Assembly (NCBI GenBank): GCA_965219415.1 | Contig: OZ244742.1 | Location: 576,001 to 640,000 of the forward strand | Length of the DNA: 64,000 nucleotides | Origin: Candidatus Marinacidobacterales bacterium | GTDB taxonomy: Bacteria; Acidobacteriota; Vicinamibacteria; Marinacidobacterales; DATDRI01 | Reading direction: 5' to 3' | In this document: one piece after another, positions 10,156 to 20,719 of the stretch | Layout: each line of letters begins with the position of its first letter | How positions within the stretch are numbered: position 1 is the stretch's first letter | Notes under the pieces: generated by a model | The model's input: only the letters and a program-made list of their open reading frames with translations | Database searches by the model: none | What the model was told of the DNA's origin: nothing | Translations under genes and position numbers: made by a program

Positions 10156-12581
10156 ATGAATGGCCTGATCACAGATATTCGCCTCGCCTTTCGAGCCATC
10201 CGCAGGCACCCAATTGTCACATTACTGGCGGCGGTCTCGCTCGCGCTCGCCATTGGGGGCAATGCGATGACCTTCAGCCTGGTGAACGTCCTCCTGATTC
10301 GTCCGTTGCCGTATCCGGATCCCGATCGTCTGGTCGTGCTATGGCAGAGTGAGAAAGAGAATACGGGGTTCGACTTAATCCCCACCTCCCCCGCCAACTT
10401 CGTTGACTGGCAAGAGCGAAGCACGAGCTTCGAAGAGATGGGTGCGATTAGGGAGTCACCGTTTAGCCTGATCGGAGGTGATCAACCGGAGCCAGTGTTC
10501 GGCGCCGCCACTTCGGTCAACGTGTTTCGCATCCTGGGTGCCCAGGCCGCGATCGGGCGAACGTTCTTGCCGGAAGAAGAGGAAGAGGGCTTGCACCGCG
10601 TCGTGGTGTTGGGTCACGATCTCTGGAGAAACCGCTTTGCCGCCGATCCGGCTTTGGTGGGCCGGACCATCGACCTCCGGGGCGAACCGTACCGCGTCGT
10701 CGGGGTCATGCCCGAAGACTTCGAGCTCCTCGATCCCAGCGATCAGCTCTGGGTGCCACTCACCCTGCCCACCGATGGGCTTCCGCGCGACGAGAGAAGT
10801 CTCTTCGTCCTGGGGCGACTGAAGCCAAGTGTGCCGCTGGCCGAAGCCCAGAAAGAAATGGCGACACTCGCCGCCAACCTCGAGTCCGAGTATCCGGACG
10901 CCAACCGTGGTTACTCGGCGAAGGTGCTGACGTTGCAGCAACAGATGACGTACGGCGGTGGCCGAGAGATCCTCGTCTTATTGCAAGGGGCTCTCGTGTT
11001 CGTCCTCCTCATTGCGGCCGCTAATCTTGCGAATCTTCTATTGGCCCGCGGGCAAGACCGGCAACGCGAAATCGCCCTGCGCGCCGCGTTGGGAGCATCG
11101 AGGCACCGCATCATCCGGCAGCTACTCGTGGAGAGCGTGGTCTTGGCGCTTGGCGGTGGGCTCATCGGGCTGCTACTAGGAGCATGGGGAATAGACTTCT
11201 TGGTCAACGCATTCGGTGGACTGTGGCCCAAGATGATCATCCCTCAGTTGGACGGGAGTGTCGTGGGTTTCACGATGGCCATCTCGGTGTTGGCTGGCAT
11301 TGCCTTCAGACTCGCTCCGGCGCTCCGCGCATCGCGTCCGAGCCTGGTCGGTGATCTGCGAGAGGGCGGCCGTGGAACCGGGATCGGTTCTCGACGTCGC
11401 GTCATGAGCAGAGCGTTGGTCGTTGCAGAGGTTGCGCTGGCCCTCGTCATGCTGAGCGGGGCCGGTGTCTTCATCACCAGCATTCGAGAATGGCAGCAAG
11501 CGGACGCCGGTATCGATGTCGATCAACTACTGACCTTCCAACTCGGCCTGCCGCAATCTGGATATGGGGACGATAGCGCGGTAGCCGTGCTTTCGCGGAG
11601 AGTCGTCGAGGAGTTGGAAGCACTGCCCGGCGTCACCTCGGCAACCTTAGCCAATCATCTCCCGCGGAGCCCGTTTCCGCCTCGGGTCTCCTTCTCGGTC
11701 GACGGCCGGCCGCTTCCAGAGGAAGAGCGGTTACCGAACGCCGCGGCGCTCACGGTGTCTCCCGGCTACCTAAGAACCCTTAAAGTACTTCTCCTTCAAG
11801 GCCGCTCGTTTTTGAGGAGCGATGGGCACGCCGCCGCGCCCGTCGTGTTGATCAACGAAGCCATGCGGCGCGCACACTTCCCCGACGAGAGCCCGCTGGG
11901 GCAGAGAATCACGTTCAAGACGAGTCACGTGAAATCGTTGGGGTCGTGAGCAATGTAAAAGAGGACATGTTTCGCGACTCGCAAGCGGGCCCCGAGCCGA
12001 TCCTTTACCTACCCCAGGCACAAGTGCCGTCGCGACAAGTTAAGGTCGTGGTTCGGACGACTCCCGAGACGATGAGCCCGCTGAGTTTGAGCGGCCCAGT
12101 GCGAAGCGCGCTTGGGGAGCTCGACCGCAGCCTCTCGGTCGCGCAAATTCGGACGATGAAAGATTTCATCGCTCAGTTCTTCGTTAGCATGAGGGTTTTC
12201 AGCACGATCTTCACGGGATTCGGGTTTCTTGCCGTCGTGCTCGCCGCAGTCGGCATTTACGGAGTCATTGCTTTCTCCGTCTCCAAGCGCACCCACGAGA
12301 TCGGTGTCCGCATGGCGCTCGGGGCCCGGAAGGCGGACGTCACCCGCCTCGTGATCAAGGAGGGTCTGCTCCTCGCCGCCCTCGGTTTCGGAATTGGTTT
12401 GCCGGGAGTTCTGATCGTGCTCCGCGTTGTGTCCAGCGCAGTGGCGGCCCTCACACCCACGGCGCCGGGCGCGAGCCTGGCAGTGGGTCTTGCGCTTTTG
12501 GTGGTGGCGCTGGCGGCGAGTTATGTGCCGGCGCGGCGAGCGGCAGGCATGGATCCCGTCGTCGCTCTGCGCCATGAGTAG
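10156..12581 (+). CDS. ADOP/MacB-type duplicated ABC permease (one frameshift near 11920)
   Basis: Two MacB_PCD+FtsX repeats, REIALRAALGA and HEIGVRMALGA, and C-terminal DPVVALRHE. Confidence 0.9.
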
Positions 12582-12587
12582 CAGCCG

Positions 12588-15485
12588 TCAGGCGCGGTGT
12601 TTCTGAACTGTGGGGTCCCCCACCGGCTCTTCTGTCTGGCTGACAGGCACACGCACTTCTAGACGCGTGCCGAGCCGGGGCTGTGAAGTGATACGAAAAC
12701 TTCCACCGAGCAGCCGCACTCGTTCCTCCATACTTACGAGTCCTAGCCCTCCCTGCGTCCGGTCGCTATCGAAGCCCGAACCGCTGTCGGCAACGTAGAG
12801 CTCCAAGCTCCCGTCGGCGCCGGTCAGTGTCACACGGACCTCCGGGGCTCCCGAGTGTCTGACCGCGTTGCGAAGGGCCTCCTGGGCCACGCGATACAGG
12901 CAGAGAGCGACCTCCCGGGGAATGTTCTCGGGTACCTTGACTAGAGTCAGTTTGGCGCGGATCTCCTCCTGCTTTTCGATCTCCAAGCAGTGAGTTCTCA
13001 ACGCCGATACGAGCCCCACGTGCTCCAGGGACGCAGGGTGAAGCTCGCGAGACATATGTCTGACATCCTCGATGACTTGGGCCGCCCTCGTCTGAAGCTT
13101 ACGAAGGCGCTCCCGCATGTCGGCATTCTCCTCGGGTAGCCGCGACCGAAGGAATCCTATTTCGAAGGATAGGGCGGCCAGGTTCTGATTGAGACCATCG
13201 TGGAGCTCCCGCGACAGCCGTCGCCGTTCCTCCTCTTGCGCGGCAATGAGTTGTCCTGCCAGATCCTTGATCTTGGCGTGGCTCTGACGGAGCGCTGCCT
13301 CTCGATCCTGAAGTGTCGCCAGTGCTTTGGTGTGCTCGATGGCGACTCTGGCTAGCGAGGCAGCCTTCTGAGTGACATCCGTCTCCCGACTGTTCGGCTC
13401 GTAGGATCGAGTGTGGAAAACACATAGCGTGCCTAGCACCTGGTCGGATTCGGAGAGAATCGGCACCGACCAACTCGACTTGAGACCAAAACTGCGCGCC
13501 ACCTCTCGATATTTTTCCCACAGCGGATCCTTCATCATGTTCGCCACAATGACCGTCTCACGCCGATACGCTGCAGTACCGCACGAGCCCTCTGCGGAAC
13601 CGATCGGCAAACCATCGACGCTCTCGTGGAACTCTTTGGGGAGATTCGGTGCGGCGCAAAAACGGAGTCGCTTCTCAGCCTCGTCCGCAAGCAACACCGA
13701 GCAGCGCGACGAAGCCCCGAGTTGGCTCTCGACCGTGCAGGCCAACTCGTCGAAGACCTCGACGATGTCGCGGCCTTCGGCAAGCAACTCGAGCACGCGG
13801 CTCATCCCCGTTTGCAGCATCTCCGCGCGCTTTCGGGAAGTGATGTCTTGAACAACATTGCTGACGGCATAGACCGTCCCATTCTCGAGCTTTAGGGGGT
13901 AGAAGCTGGCTAGCCAGTGCCTCTCGGTATCCGGGTCGGCCGGTGTGATGCCGCTTACCTCAGCGTCCATGATGGGTTCCCCTGTCTCGAACACCTTTCG
14001 GTAAACGGGCTCTGATTTCGCCGCTATCTCCGGTATCAGATCCCTCATTCGTCGGCCAATATGCTCGGAGACCGGCTTCCCATGGAAGCGGGCCAGTTGC
14101 TCGTTGATGCGGACCCAACGAATCTCGCGATCCACAAGGCAGAAGCCGACCGGAGCGGTCTGATAAAGATGCTCCAGTTCGGCGAGCTGCTTGCGGGCTC
14201 GCCGCTCGCTTTGCTCCAACGCCTCTTCGGCGTGACGGTCCGTCGTAATGTCGATGCTGGTTCCCGTCATGCGAACCGGCCGGCCGTCTTTGTCGCGGCG
14301 TGCGTTCCCGCGCACGAAAAACCAGCGTATGCTGCCGTCCTTGTGAACGGCGCGGTGGGAAACCTCGTAGTGAGCCGTCTCTCCGTCTCGATGGCTCATC
14401 ACTTCCGCTTGGACGCGTTCGAGGTCGTCCGGGTGCACGAGTTTGTCCCAGTCGCTAATGTGGTTTCGAATCTCGTGGTCCTGATATCCAAGAATGCCTT
14501 TTAAGAGTGGATCGACATAAATATCATTGGTCTCGAGATCCCAATCCCAGACGCCGACCGCCCCAGCGTTGGTCGCCAAGTTGTAACGACGCTGGCTTTT
14601 CCGAAGCGCCCGCCCAACCTGCCCTCTTTCGGTGGTGACCGCCCCCAGCACCAGTCCGGTCAGGACGATGGCGGCAACGAACGCTTGTAGGAGAACCAGA
14701 CCTTCCATCGTCGACGCGCGAGCAAAAGGTCCGTGCCCACCCGCCGTCCCGGCGACGGCGTGCACGGAAGTCAGAAATGCTGACGTTACGGCACCATGTC
14801 GGCCGAACCGAAGGGCCGCCCACATGACGACCGGGAACGGCAGGTAGGCGATCGGAAGGTCAATGGAAGGAATGGTAAGGTACCCTCCGAACGCCGCCTC
14901 GCAAGCGAGAAATAGGCAGACCATCAAGACTGACAATTCTGCGATCGTGCGACCGGTGATGCGAAGCTGAGGGCGGGTCGCCCAGACCAGCATGAGCGGC
15001 GCGGCAAGCAAAACACCCATGCCATCCCCTAGCCACCACAACCACCACAGCGACAAGAAGTCGGCCCACGAGGCCAGGTTCAAGACGGCCAGGCCGGCCA
15101 CGCAAATCGCAGAGCCTAGCATCGTCGCAAGAATGGCACCGATCATCACTAGGCCAAGGACATCCTTGACGCGATCGAGACTGTTTGAAAAATCTACGAA
15201 GCGGCGAAGGAGATAGGCACCTAAAAGCGCCTCCGCGGTCTTTCCCACTGTAACGATGGCCGCCACTCCGAGCGGTAGCCGGACCGCGTGGTCCACCACC
15301 ACCGCCAGAGCGACGATGGGCCAGAATCGGTATCCAAACAAGAGGATCGCGGCCAACGCGATACCCGTCGGGGGCCAGAGGGGAGAGACCTGCCCCGGCC
15401 CAAGGGTGACCAGCAGTCCGAGCCGCGCCCCGAGAAAATAGATAATCAGGAAGATCGCGACCTTCTTGAGAAAAGCTTGATTCAC
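12588..15485 (-). CDS. MASE1-PAS-PAS-GAF sensor histidine kinase (HisKA_3)
   Basis: MASE1 SPLWPPTGI, PAS VHPDD, GAF GSCGTAAYRRE, ERRRLSRELHD, EALRNAVRHS and GLGLVSM motifs. Confidence 0.92.
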   Translation of the reverse strand: MNQAFLKKVAIFLIIYFLGARLGLLVTLGPGQVSPLWPPTGIALAAILLFGYRFWPIVALAVVVDHAVRLPLGVAAIVTVGKTAEALLGAYLLRRFVDFSNSLDRVKDVLGLVMIGAILATMLGSAICVAGLAVLNLASWADFLSLWWLWWLGDGMGVLLAAPLMLVWATRPQLRITGRTIAELSVLMVCLFLACEAAFGGYLTIPSIDLPIAYLPFPVVMWAALRFGRHGAVTSAFLTSVHAVAGTAGGHGPFARASTMEGLVLLQAFVAAIVLTGLVLGAVTTERGQVGRALRKSQRRYNLATNAGAVGVWDWDLETNDIYVDPLLKGILGYQDHEIRNHISDWDKLVHPDDLERVQAEVMSHRDGETAHYEVSHRAVHKDGSIRWFFVRGNARRDKDGRPVRMTGTSIDITTDRHAEEALEQSERRARKQLAELEHLYQTAPVGFCLVDREIRWVRINEQLARFHGKPVSEHIGRRMRDLIPEIAAKSEPVYRKVFETGEPIMDAEVSGITPADPDTERHWLASFYPLKLENGTVYAVSNVVQDITSRKRAEMLQTGMSRVLELLAEGRDIVEVFDELACTVESQLGASSRCSVLLADEAEKRLRFCAAPNLPKEFHESVDGLPIGSAEGSCGTAAYRRETVIVANMMKDPLWEKYREVARSFGLKSSWSVPILSESDQVLGTLCVFHTRSYEPNSRETDVTQKAASLARVAIEHTKALATLQDREAALRQSHAKIKDLAGQLIAAQEEERRRLSRELHDGLNQNLAALSFEIGFLRSRLPEENADMRERLRKLQTRAAQVIEDVRHMSRELHPASLEHVGLVSALRTHCLEIEKQEEIRAKLTLVKVPENIPREVALCLYRVAQEALRNAVRHSGAPEVRVTLTGADGSLELYVADSGSGFDSDRTQGGLGLVSMEERVRLLGGSFRITSQPRLGTRLEVRVPVSQTEEPVGDPTVQKHRA

Positions 15486-15599
15486 ATCTGAAGCTTATCC
15501 CACTATCGGTGGGATATGGTAAGACAATGGCCAAACTTGCCGCGCCGTTTAGCAAACCATAGAATTTGCAGTGCGGCGAAAAACTTGGGAGGCGGATTC

Positions 15600-17023
15600 A
15601 TGACGACGTTTACACGCCCATTGCTTGCAGCGAGTGTGTTAATCGGCACGGTCGGATTGCTGGCGGCTCTTGGCGAGGAGAAGCTAGCCGAACGATACCG
15701 AGGTGCCGCGGGACGAATCGTCGGCAGCGCGCTCCAAGACATGGAAGGTTGGGAGAAGCTCACCTACCTTACGACCGAGATCGGCCCGCAGTCTCAGCGG
15801 ATCCTCGGGCCTCGAAAGAGCCATCGAGTGGGCGCATACGACGATGAAGGAAGAAGGGCTCGAGAACGCGAGGCTCCAGCCGGTCAAAGTTCCGCACTGG
15901 GTGCGCGGCAAGGAGTCCGCTGAAGTGGTCTCCCCATTCGAGAAACCACTCGGGATCTTGGGACTGGGAGGAAGCGTCGGCACATCTGTGGAAGGGATCA
16001 CCGCCGCGGTCGTCGTCGTCAGTAGCTTCGACGAGCTTGAAGCGCTAGGTCGCGAACGCATCGAAGGAAAGACAGTTCTCTACGCGGCGCCATGGGTGAG
16101 TTACTCGCGGAATCGAGAGTACCGGAGCGGAGGTGCGTCCAGGGCGGCGAAGTTCGGCGCGGTGGCGGCTCTCATTCGTTCGGCAACCGATAAGAGTCTC
16201 TACACGCCTCATACCGGCGGCATGCGATACGAAGAGGGCGTGCCCCGCATTCCCGCCGCCGCGATCACGCCTCGAAGACATGGCGTGGATGCAGCGCATC
16301 ACGGAAGCCGGGCACGAGGTCGTGGTCAAGCTCTATATGGAGGCAAAGAACTTGCCAGAAGCCGACTCCGCCAACGTCATCGCGGAGCTGGTGGGAAGCG
16401 AGAAGCCGGAGGAAGTTGTGGTGATGGGCGGGCACTACGACTCTTGGGACGTGGGGCAGAGTGCTCAAGATGACGGAGCAGCGTGCATCGCCGCGTGGCA
16501 GGCACTCAAGATTTTGAAAGATCTCGGGCTGCGACCACGACGGACGCTCCGCGTCGTACTTTGGACGAACGAAGAGAACGGCCTGGCTGGCGGGCGAGCG
16601 TATCGGGAGATGGTCGGGGATGACATCGATCGCCACGTCGCGGCGATCGAGATGGATGGTGGGGCCGAAAGTCCGATTGGATTCGGCTTTGGGCTCGAGG
16701 GTGTCGCCAGCGACGACACGAGCAACCCCACCTACGAGTTAGGCCTTCGAGAAACTGCAACAGATCGGTCGCCTCCTGAATGGCATCAAGGCCGGCAAGA
16801 TCCTGCGTGGAGGCGGAGGCGCCGACATCGGCCCCCTGATGCGCGACGGCGTCCCCGGGCTAGCCCAACGAACCGTCCAAGAGCGCTACCGTTATTGGGG
16901 CGCCACACACACGCCGACACCCTCGACAAGGTCGACCCGCAGGACTTCCGCAAGGCCGTCGCCATACTAGGCGTCATGGGGTATGTCCTGGCCGACATGC
17001 CCACCCGCCTTGTAGCAAGATAA
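15600..17023 (+). CDS. M28 aminopeptidase (carboxypeptidase Q-like), several frameshifts
   Basis: Signal peptide, VPHWVRG, PHTG, GGHYDSWD, DDG, NEENG, EMDGG and HTHADTLDKVD across successive frames. Confidence 0.85.
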
Positions 17024-17036
17024 CCGGGGGTCGATA

Positions 17037-18026
17037 ACCGGGGGTCGGATCCAGTTTTTGTGACACGGTTCCCCCGAAACAGCGATCTGGGAGGGAGGTC
17101 TGGAGCACTCGATTTCGTCTATCTCTCCAGGATGGCTAGACCACTCAGAATAGAGTTTCCTGGCGCGTTGTACCACGTCACCGCGCGCGGTAACGCTCGC
17201 CAAGACATTTACCTAGTCGAGCAAGATCGGCGGGACTTCCTGCGCATGCTGGGCGAGGAGGTCGACCGCAACAAATGGGCTTGTCACGGCTACTGCTTGA
17301 TGACCAACCATTACCACGGAATCCTGCAGACGCCCGAACCGAACTTGGGCAGGGCATGCACCGCTTGAACAGTATGTACGCGCAGCACTTCAATCGAACG
17401 CACGGCCGCGTCGGCCACGTCTTTCAGGACCGCTATAAGGCAATCCTAGTAGAGAAAGACGCGTACTTGCTGGAGCTCGCTCGCTATGTGGTTCTAAACC
17501 CGGTTCGCGCCGGAATCACCGAAGACCCCGCGGACTGGCCGTGGAGCAGCTATGGGGCTACATGCGGTGACGTTCCATCGCCTCCTTGGCTAGAAACAGG
17601 CTGGCTACTACGCCAGTTTGGGAACGGCCAAAGTGACGCGACTCAAGCCTATAAGCGGTTCGTCGAAGCAGGCAGGAAGCGAGAGAGCGTTCGGACTGGT
17701 CTTCGCAACGATCTCTATCTGGGCTCGGAGCAATTCGCAGAGCGAATGCAAGGGCTGGTTAGACCAGAGGATCAGCGCGGAGTTGCACGATGGCAGCTCC
17801 GACCGGTTACAAAACCACTTTCCTAGTTTGAGGAGAGCTTCCAGAACCGCTACGAGGCGATGGCCCGCGCCTATTTCAGTGGCGGCTACACTCAAGAGTC
17901 CATCGCGTCACATTTCGGAGTCCACTACCGCACTGTCGGTCGAGCGGTGAGGCACTTTGAACGCTCACCGGATTAGTCGAGATTCTACGCCCTCTGAGGT
18001 GTCCCATTTTTGGATCCGACCCCGGT
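17037..18026 (+). mobile_element. RAYT-type element bounded by inverted repeats
   Basis: Left end ACCGGGGGTCGGATCCAGTTTTTGTGACAC is the inverse of right end GTGTCCCATTTTTGGATCCGACCCCGGT. The unit fills the gap between two convergent genes. Confidence 0.7.
17132..17976 (+). CDS. REP-associated tyrosine transposase (Y1 HUH) with C-terminal HTH, two frameshifts
   Basis: MARPLRIEFPGALYHVTARGN, MTNHYH (HUH), GHVFQDRY, YVVLNPVRAG, WPWSSY and a YTQESIASHFGVHYRTV HTH. Confidence 0.88.
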
Positions 18027-18027
18027 A

Positions 18028-18797
18028 TTATTCCTTTACGTTGCAGGGGTAGTCGCGCTGGGCTTGGGCGACGAGCTGGAGGTTGATGTCGTAGTACACA
18101 ACGGGCGTGCTGGTCGAAGTCTGGGCCATCACGTCGCCCACCGGATCACGACCCAACCGGCGCCGCCGAACTTCTGGCCGCGCGAATCGACTCCACCTCG
18201 GTTCGATGAAACCACGTAGCAGCCGGACACGATCGCCGCCATTTGCATAGCGGTTCTCCACCGGCGCGTGGTGCCACGCGGAGTCGCACGGGGGACAGCG
18301 ATGAGGTGAGCACCGCTGCGACCGTAGTGGCGTGCATGCTCATTGAACATCACCTCGGTGCAGATGAGGAAGCCGACTCTCAGCGCCCCCGCCTCCACCA
18401 CACGGAAGTGCCGCTCTCCTGGCTCGAACCAACGCGCTTCATAGTAGCCGGCCTCATTGGGAAAGAACTGCTTCGTGTGAACTCCTTGCAACCCCTCGTC
18501 CTTCGTCCACACGAACGCCTCGTTAACGCGGTGACCATCGAGCTCTGTGGCACGACTCCCGAGCACGACCTTGGCGCCGAGCTCGCCGAGTAGAGAGACT
18601 CCCTTGGCGTGCCCGTCACAAGCGGCGTTCCAGGTTTCCGGAACGACCTCCTCCCCCGCCGAGATCCATGACCTGAACGGCATCTCGTTGAGCAGGAAAA
18701 CGTCGGGGCCCTCCTCCCTCACATGGCTTGCAAAACGCGACCACGCTTCCGAGCCCGGAGTCATCTCGGGATGCAGCTCACAAATCCCGACTTTCAT
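18028..18797 (-). CDS. carbon-nitrogen hydrolase (nitrilase family), frameshift near 18140
   Basis: Catalytic E-K-C triad (LNEMP, HTKQFFP, LICTE) and SSNRGG. Confidence 0.85.
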
Positions 18798-19444
18798 TGA
18801 CTATCCTCTCTCGTCGCCCGATAGAACTCCGGTGAGACCATTTGTATCTTCATGTGACACTCCAAAACATGTGGCCCCCAGTGGATTTGGATCCATCCCC
18901 TCGACGGTTCCTCCTTGACCAGTCCCGGGTCAATACGAAGCTCGGCCGCCCGGTCCGGCGCTCGCGAGTGTTGGAGCGGGACCGTGAACATGACGGGCAC
19001 CTCGGTCGGTCGGGGAACGAAGGCCCAGGAGTCGATGAGCTTGCGGTGCACCGCTTTCGGCTCCACGAAGACTAGCGCCCACTTTCCTTCTGTGCCTCTC
19101 TCCACCGCAAGGTAGTAGATTCCTGGATCCACTCGCCGCTCCCCAAGCTCGAGCGTCAAGTTCGTGTCCAACGTCGTCCACTTATTGTTGCCGAGCCGGT
19201 AGAACTTCCCCTTCGTCGCCCGATCGAAGACCTCCGGATCGTCGAGCTCCGGCCGCCAAGCCGGGAGGCCGTGTTCTATTGAAATCCTTCCGCCACCAAT
19301 CTCCACGCCGTCTTCGCGATACGTCCAGTAACTGATGCTGGAATACCCCCGACGCATCGATTCGATAGACGGCGTCCAAGTGCCTTGTCGAACTTGCGCG
19401 ACCGCGGCACTCGCGAAAAATGTCAAAAGAATGATGAAACGCAC
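18794..19444 (-). CDS. exported DUF2911-like protein
   Basis: Signal peptide, YRLGNNKWTTLDT, PGIYYL and IHWG pattern. Confidence 0.55.
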   Translation of the reverse strand: MRFIILLTFFASAAVAQVRQGTWTPSIESMRRGYSSISYWTYREDGVEIGGGRISIEHGLPAWRPELDDPEVFDRATKGKFYRLGNNKWTTLDTNLTLELGERRVDPGIYYLAVERGTEGKWALVFVEPKAVHRKLIDSWAFVPRPTEVPVMFTVPLQHSRAPDRAAELRIDPGLVKEEPSRGWIQIHWGPHVLECHMKIQMVSPEFYRATREDSQ

Positions 19445-19453
19445 AGTTCCCTC

Positions 19454-20698
19454 CTAACCACGGGGCTCGGGGCGGAGACGTCCCGCCAGGATCGCAGCGA
19501 AAGCCACGACCGCACCCGCAGCATAAAACGGAGCATCGGGGCTTACGTGCTGAAAGAGCGCACCCGCCCAAAGCGGCCCGGCGATTCGCGACACACTCCC
19601 GAAGGCTTGCTGCACTCCCATGAGTTGGCCCAACTGATCCTTACCGCCCCTTCTCGAGAGCAGACCGGTCGTAGAAGGGAAAAGAAGTGCGGTACCGATC
19701 GGCACGAGAGCCATGACTAGCAACAACACCGAGAAGCGCTCCGGCTGCGGGTAAGCGACAAGGCCGATCGCCAGCAAGATCGCCCCGAGACGCATGACCC
19801 GAATCTCCCCGAAAGCACGAACGACACGACCGAGCACACCGGCACGCATGACAACCGATATGCTCCCAAGAAAGAGAAAGATGTAACCGATGTTGCCTTC
19901 CGTCATTTGGAAGCGCTCCATGAGGAAGAGTCCCAGAACGGCGGTAAGAGCACTGAACGCCATCATCGCCACCGCGTAGATCCAAATGAGCTCGGACGTC
20001 TCTTTCCTTGGGTACCGAAGCGTTTCCCACAGCATCGTCGATACCGATTTCCCCGCTCTTTGCTGCGCTGCGTCGGGGTCCACCGTCTCGGCCAGGGTAC
20101 CGACCTCGACCTCCTCGGTGGAGGGCACCCAGTTTCGCGGCCGCGACTCCGGGAGCCAACGCCAGGCGAAAATGAGATTGATGACACAAAGTGCAGCAGC
20201 GATGATACCCGGCGCCTCCGGCCCCAACCGCGAGTTGCTCAACGACCCGATTGCCGGCCCGACCATGACGCCGGCGCTAGTCGCGGCGGAAAGCCATCCG
20301 AGCGCCTTGGCCCGATCCTCGGGCGGTACCGAGTCGCCAATATAGGCCTGCATGATCCCGGTCGTCCCGCCGCTCGCCCCCTGAGCAAAGCGGGAGACGA
20401 ATAGAAGCCAGAGCGAGTCGGCGAATCCGAAAATAAGGAAAGCCACCGAGGACCCCGCCAGGCCAATGAGGAGTCCGGGCCGCCGGCCCCATTTGTCGGA
20501 GAAGCGACCCCAAAGAGGTGATGCCGCGACCTGAGCGATCGAAAAGGAAGCCACCATCAACCCGATCACTTGCGCGCTGCCACCGAGCCGCACCGCATAA
20601 AACGGAAGCAAAGGGAAAACCATGGCGTAGCCGATCATGTCGACAAAAGCGGCCATGAGAAGGACCCACAGCTTTCGCACTTCGAGTGAACTATTCAT
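19454..20698 (-). CDS. MFS transporter (TetA/DHA1-like)
   Basis: About 12 hydrophobic segments and motif A GRFSDKWGRRP. Confidence 0.9.
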   Translation of the reverse strand: MNSSLEVRKLWVLLMAAFVDMIGYAMVFPLLPFYAVRLGGSAQVIGLMVASFSIAQVAASPLWGRFSDKWGRRPGLLIGLAGSSVAFLIFGFADSLWLLFVSRFAQGASGGTTGIMQAYIGDSVPPEDRAKALGWLSAATSAGVMVGPAIGSLSNSRLGPEAPGIIAAALCVINLIFAWRWLPESRPRNWVPSTEEVEVGTLAETVDPDAAQQRAGKSVSTMLWETLRYPRKETSELIWIYAVAMMAFSALTAVLGLFLMERFQMTEGNIGYIFLFLGSISVVMRAGVLGRVVRAFGEIRVMRLGAILLAIGLVAYPQPERFSVLLLVMALVPIGTALLFPSTTGLLSRRGGKDQLGQLMGVQQAFGSVSRIAGPLWAGALFQHVSPDAPFYAAGAVVAFAAILAGRLRPEPRG

Positions 20699-20719
20699 GT
20701 GAGATCGATTCGAGTCCGC

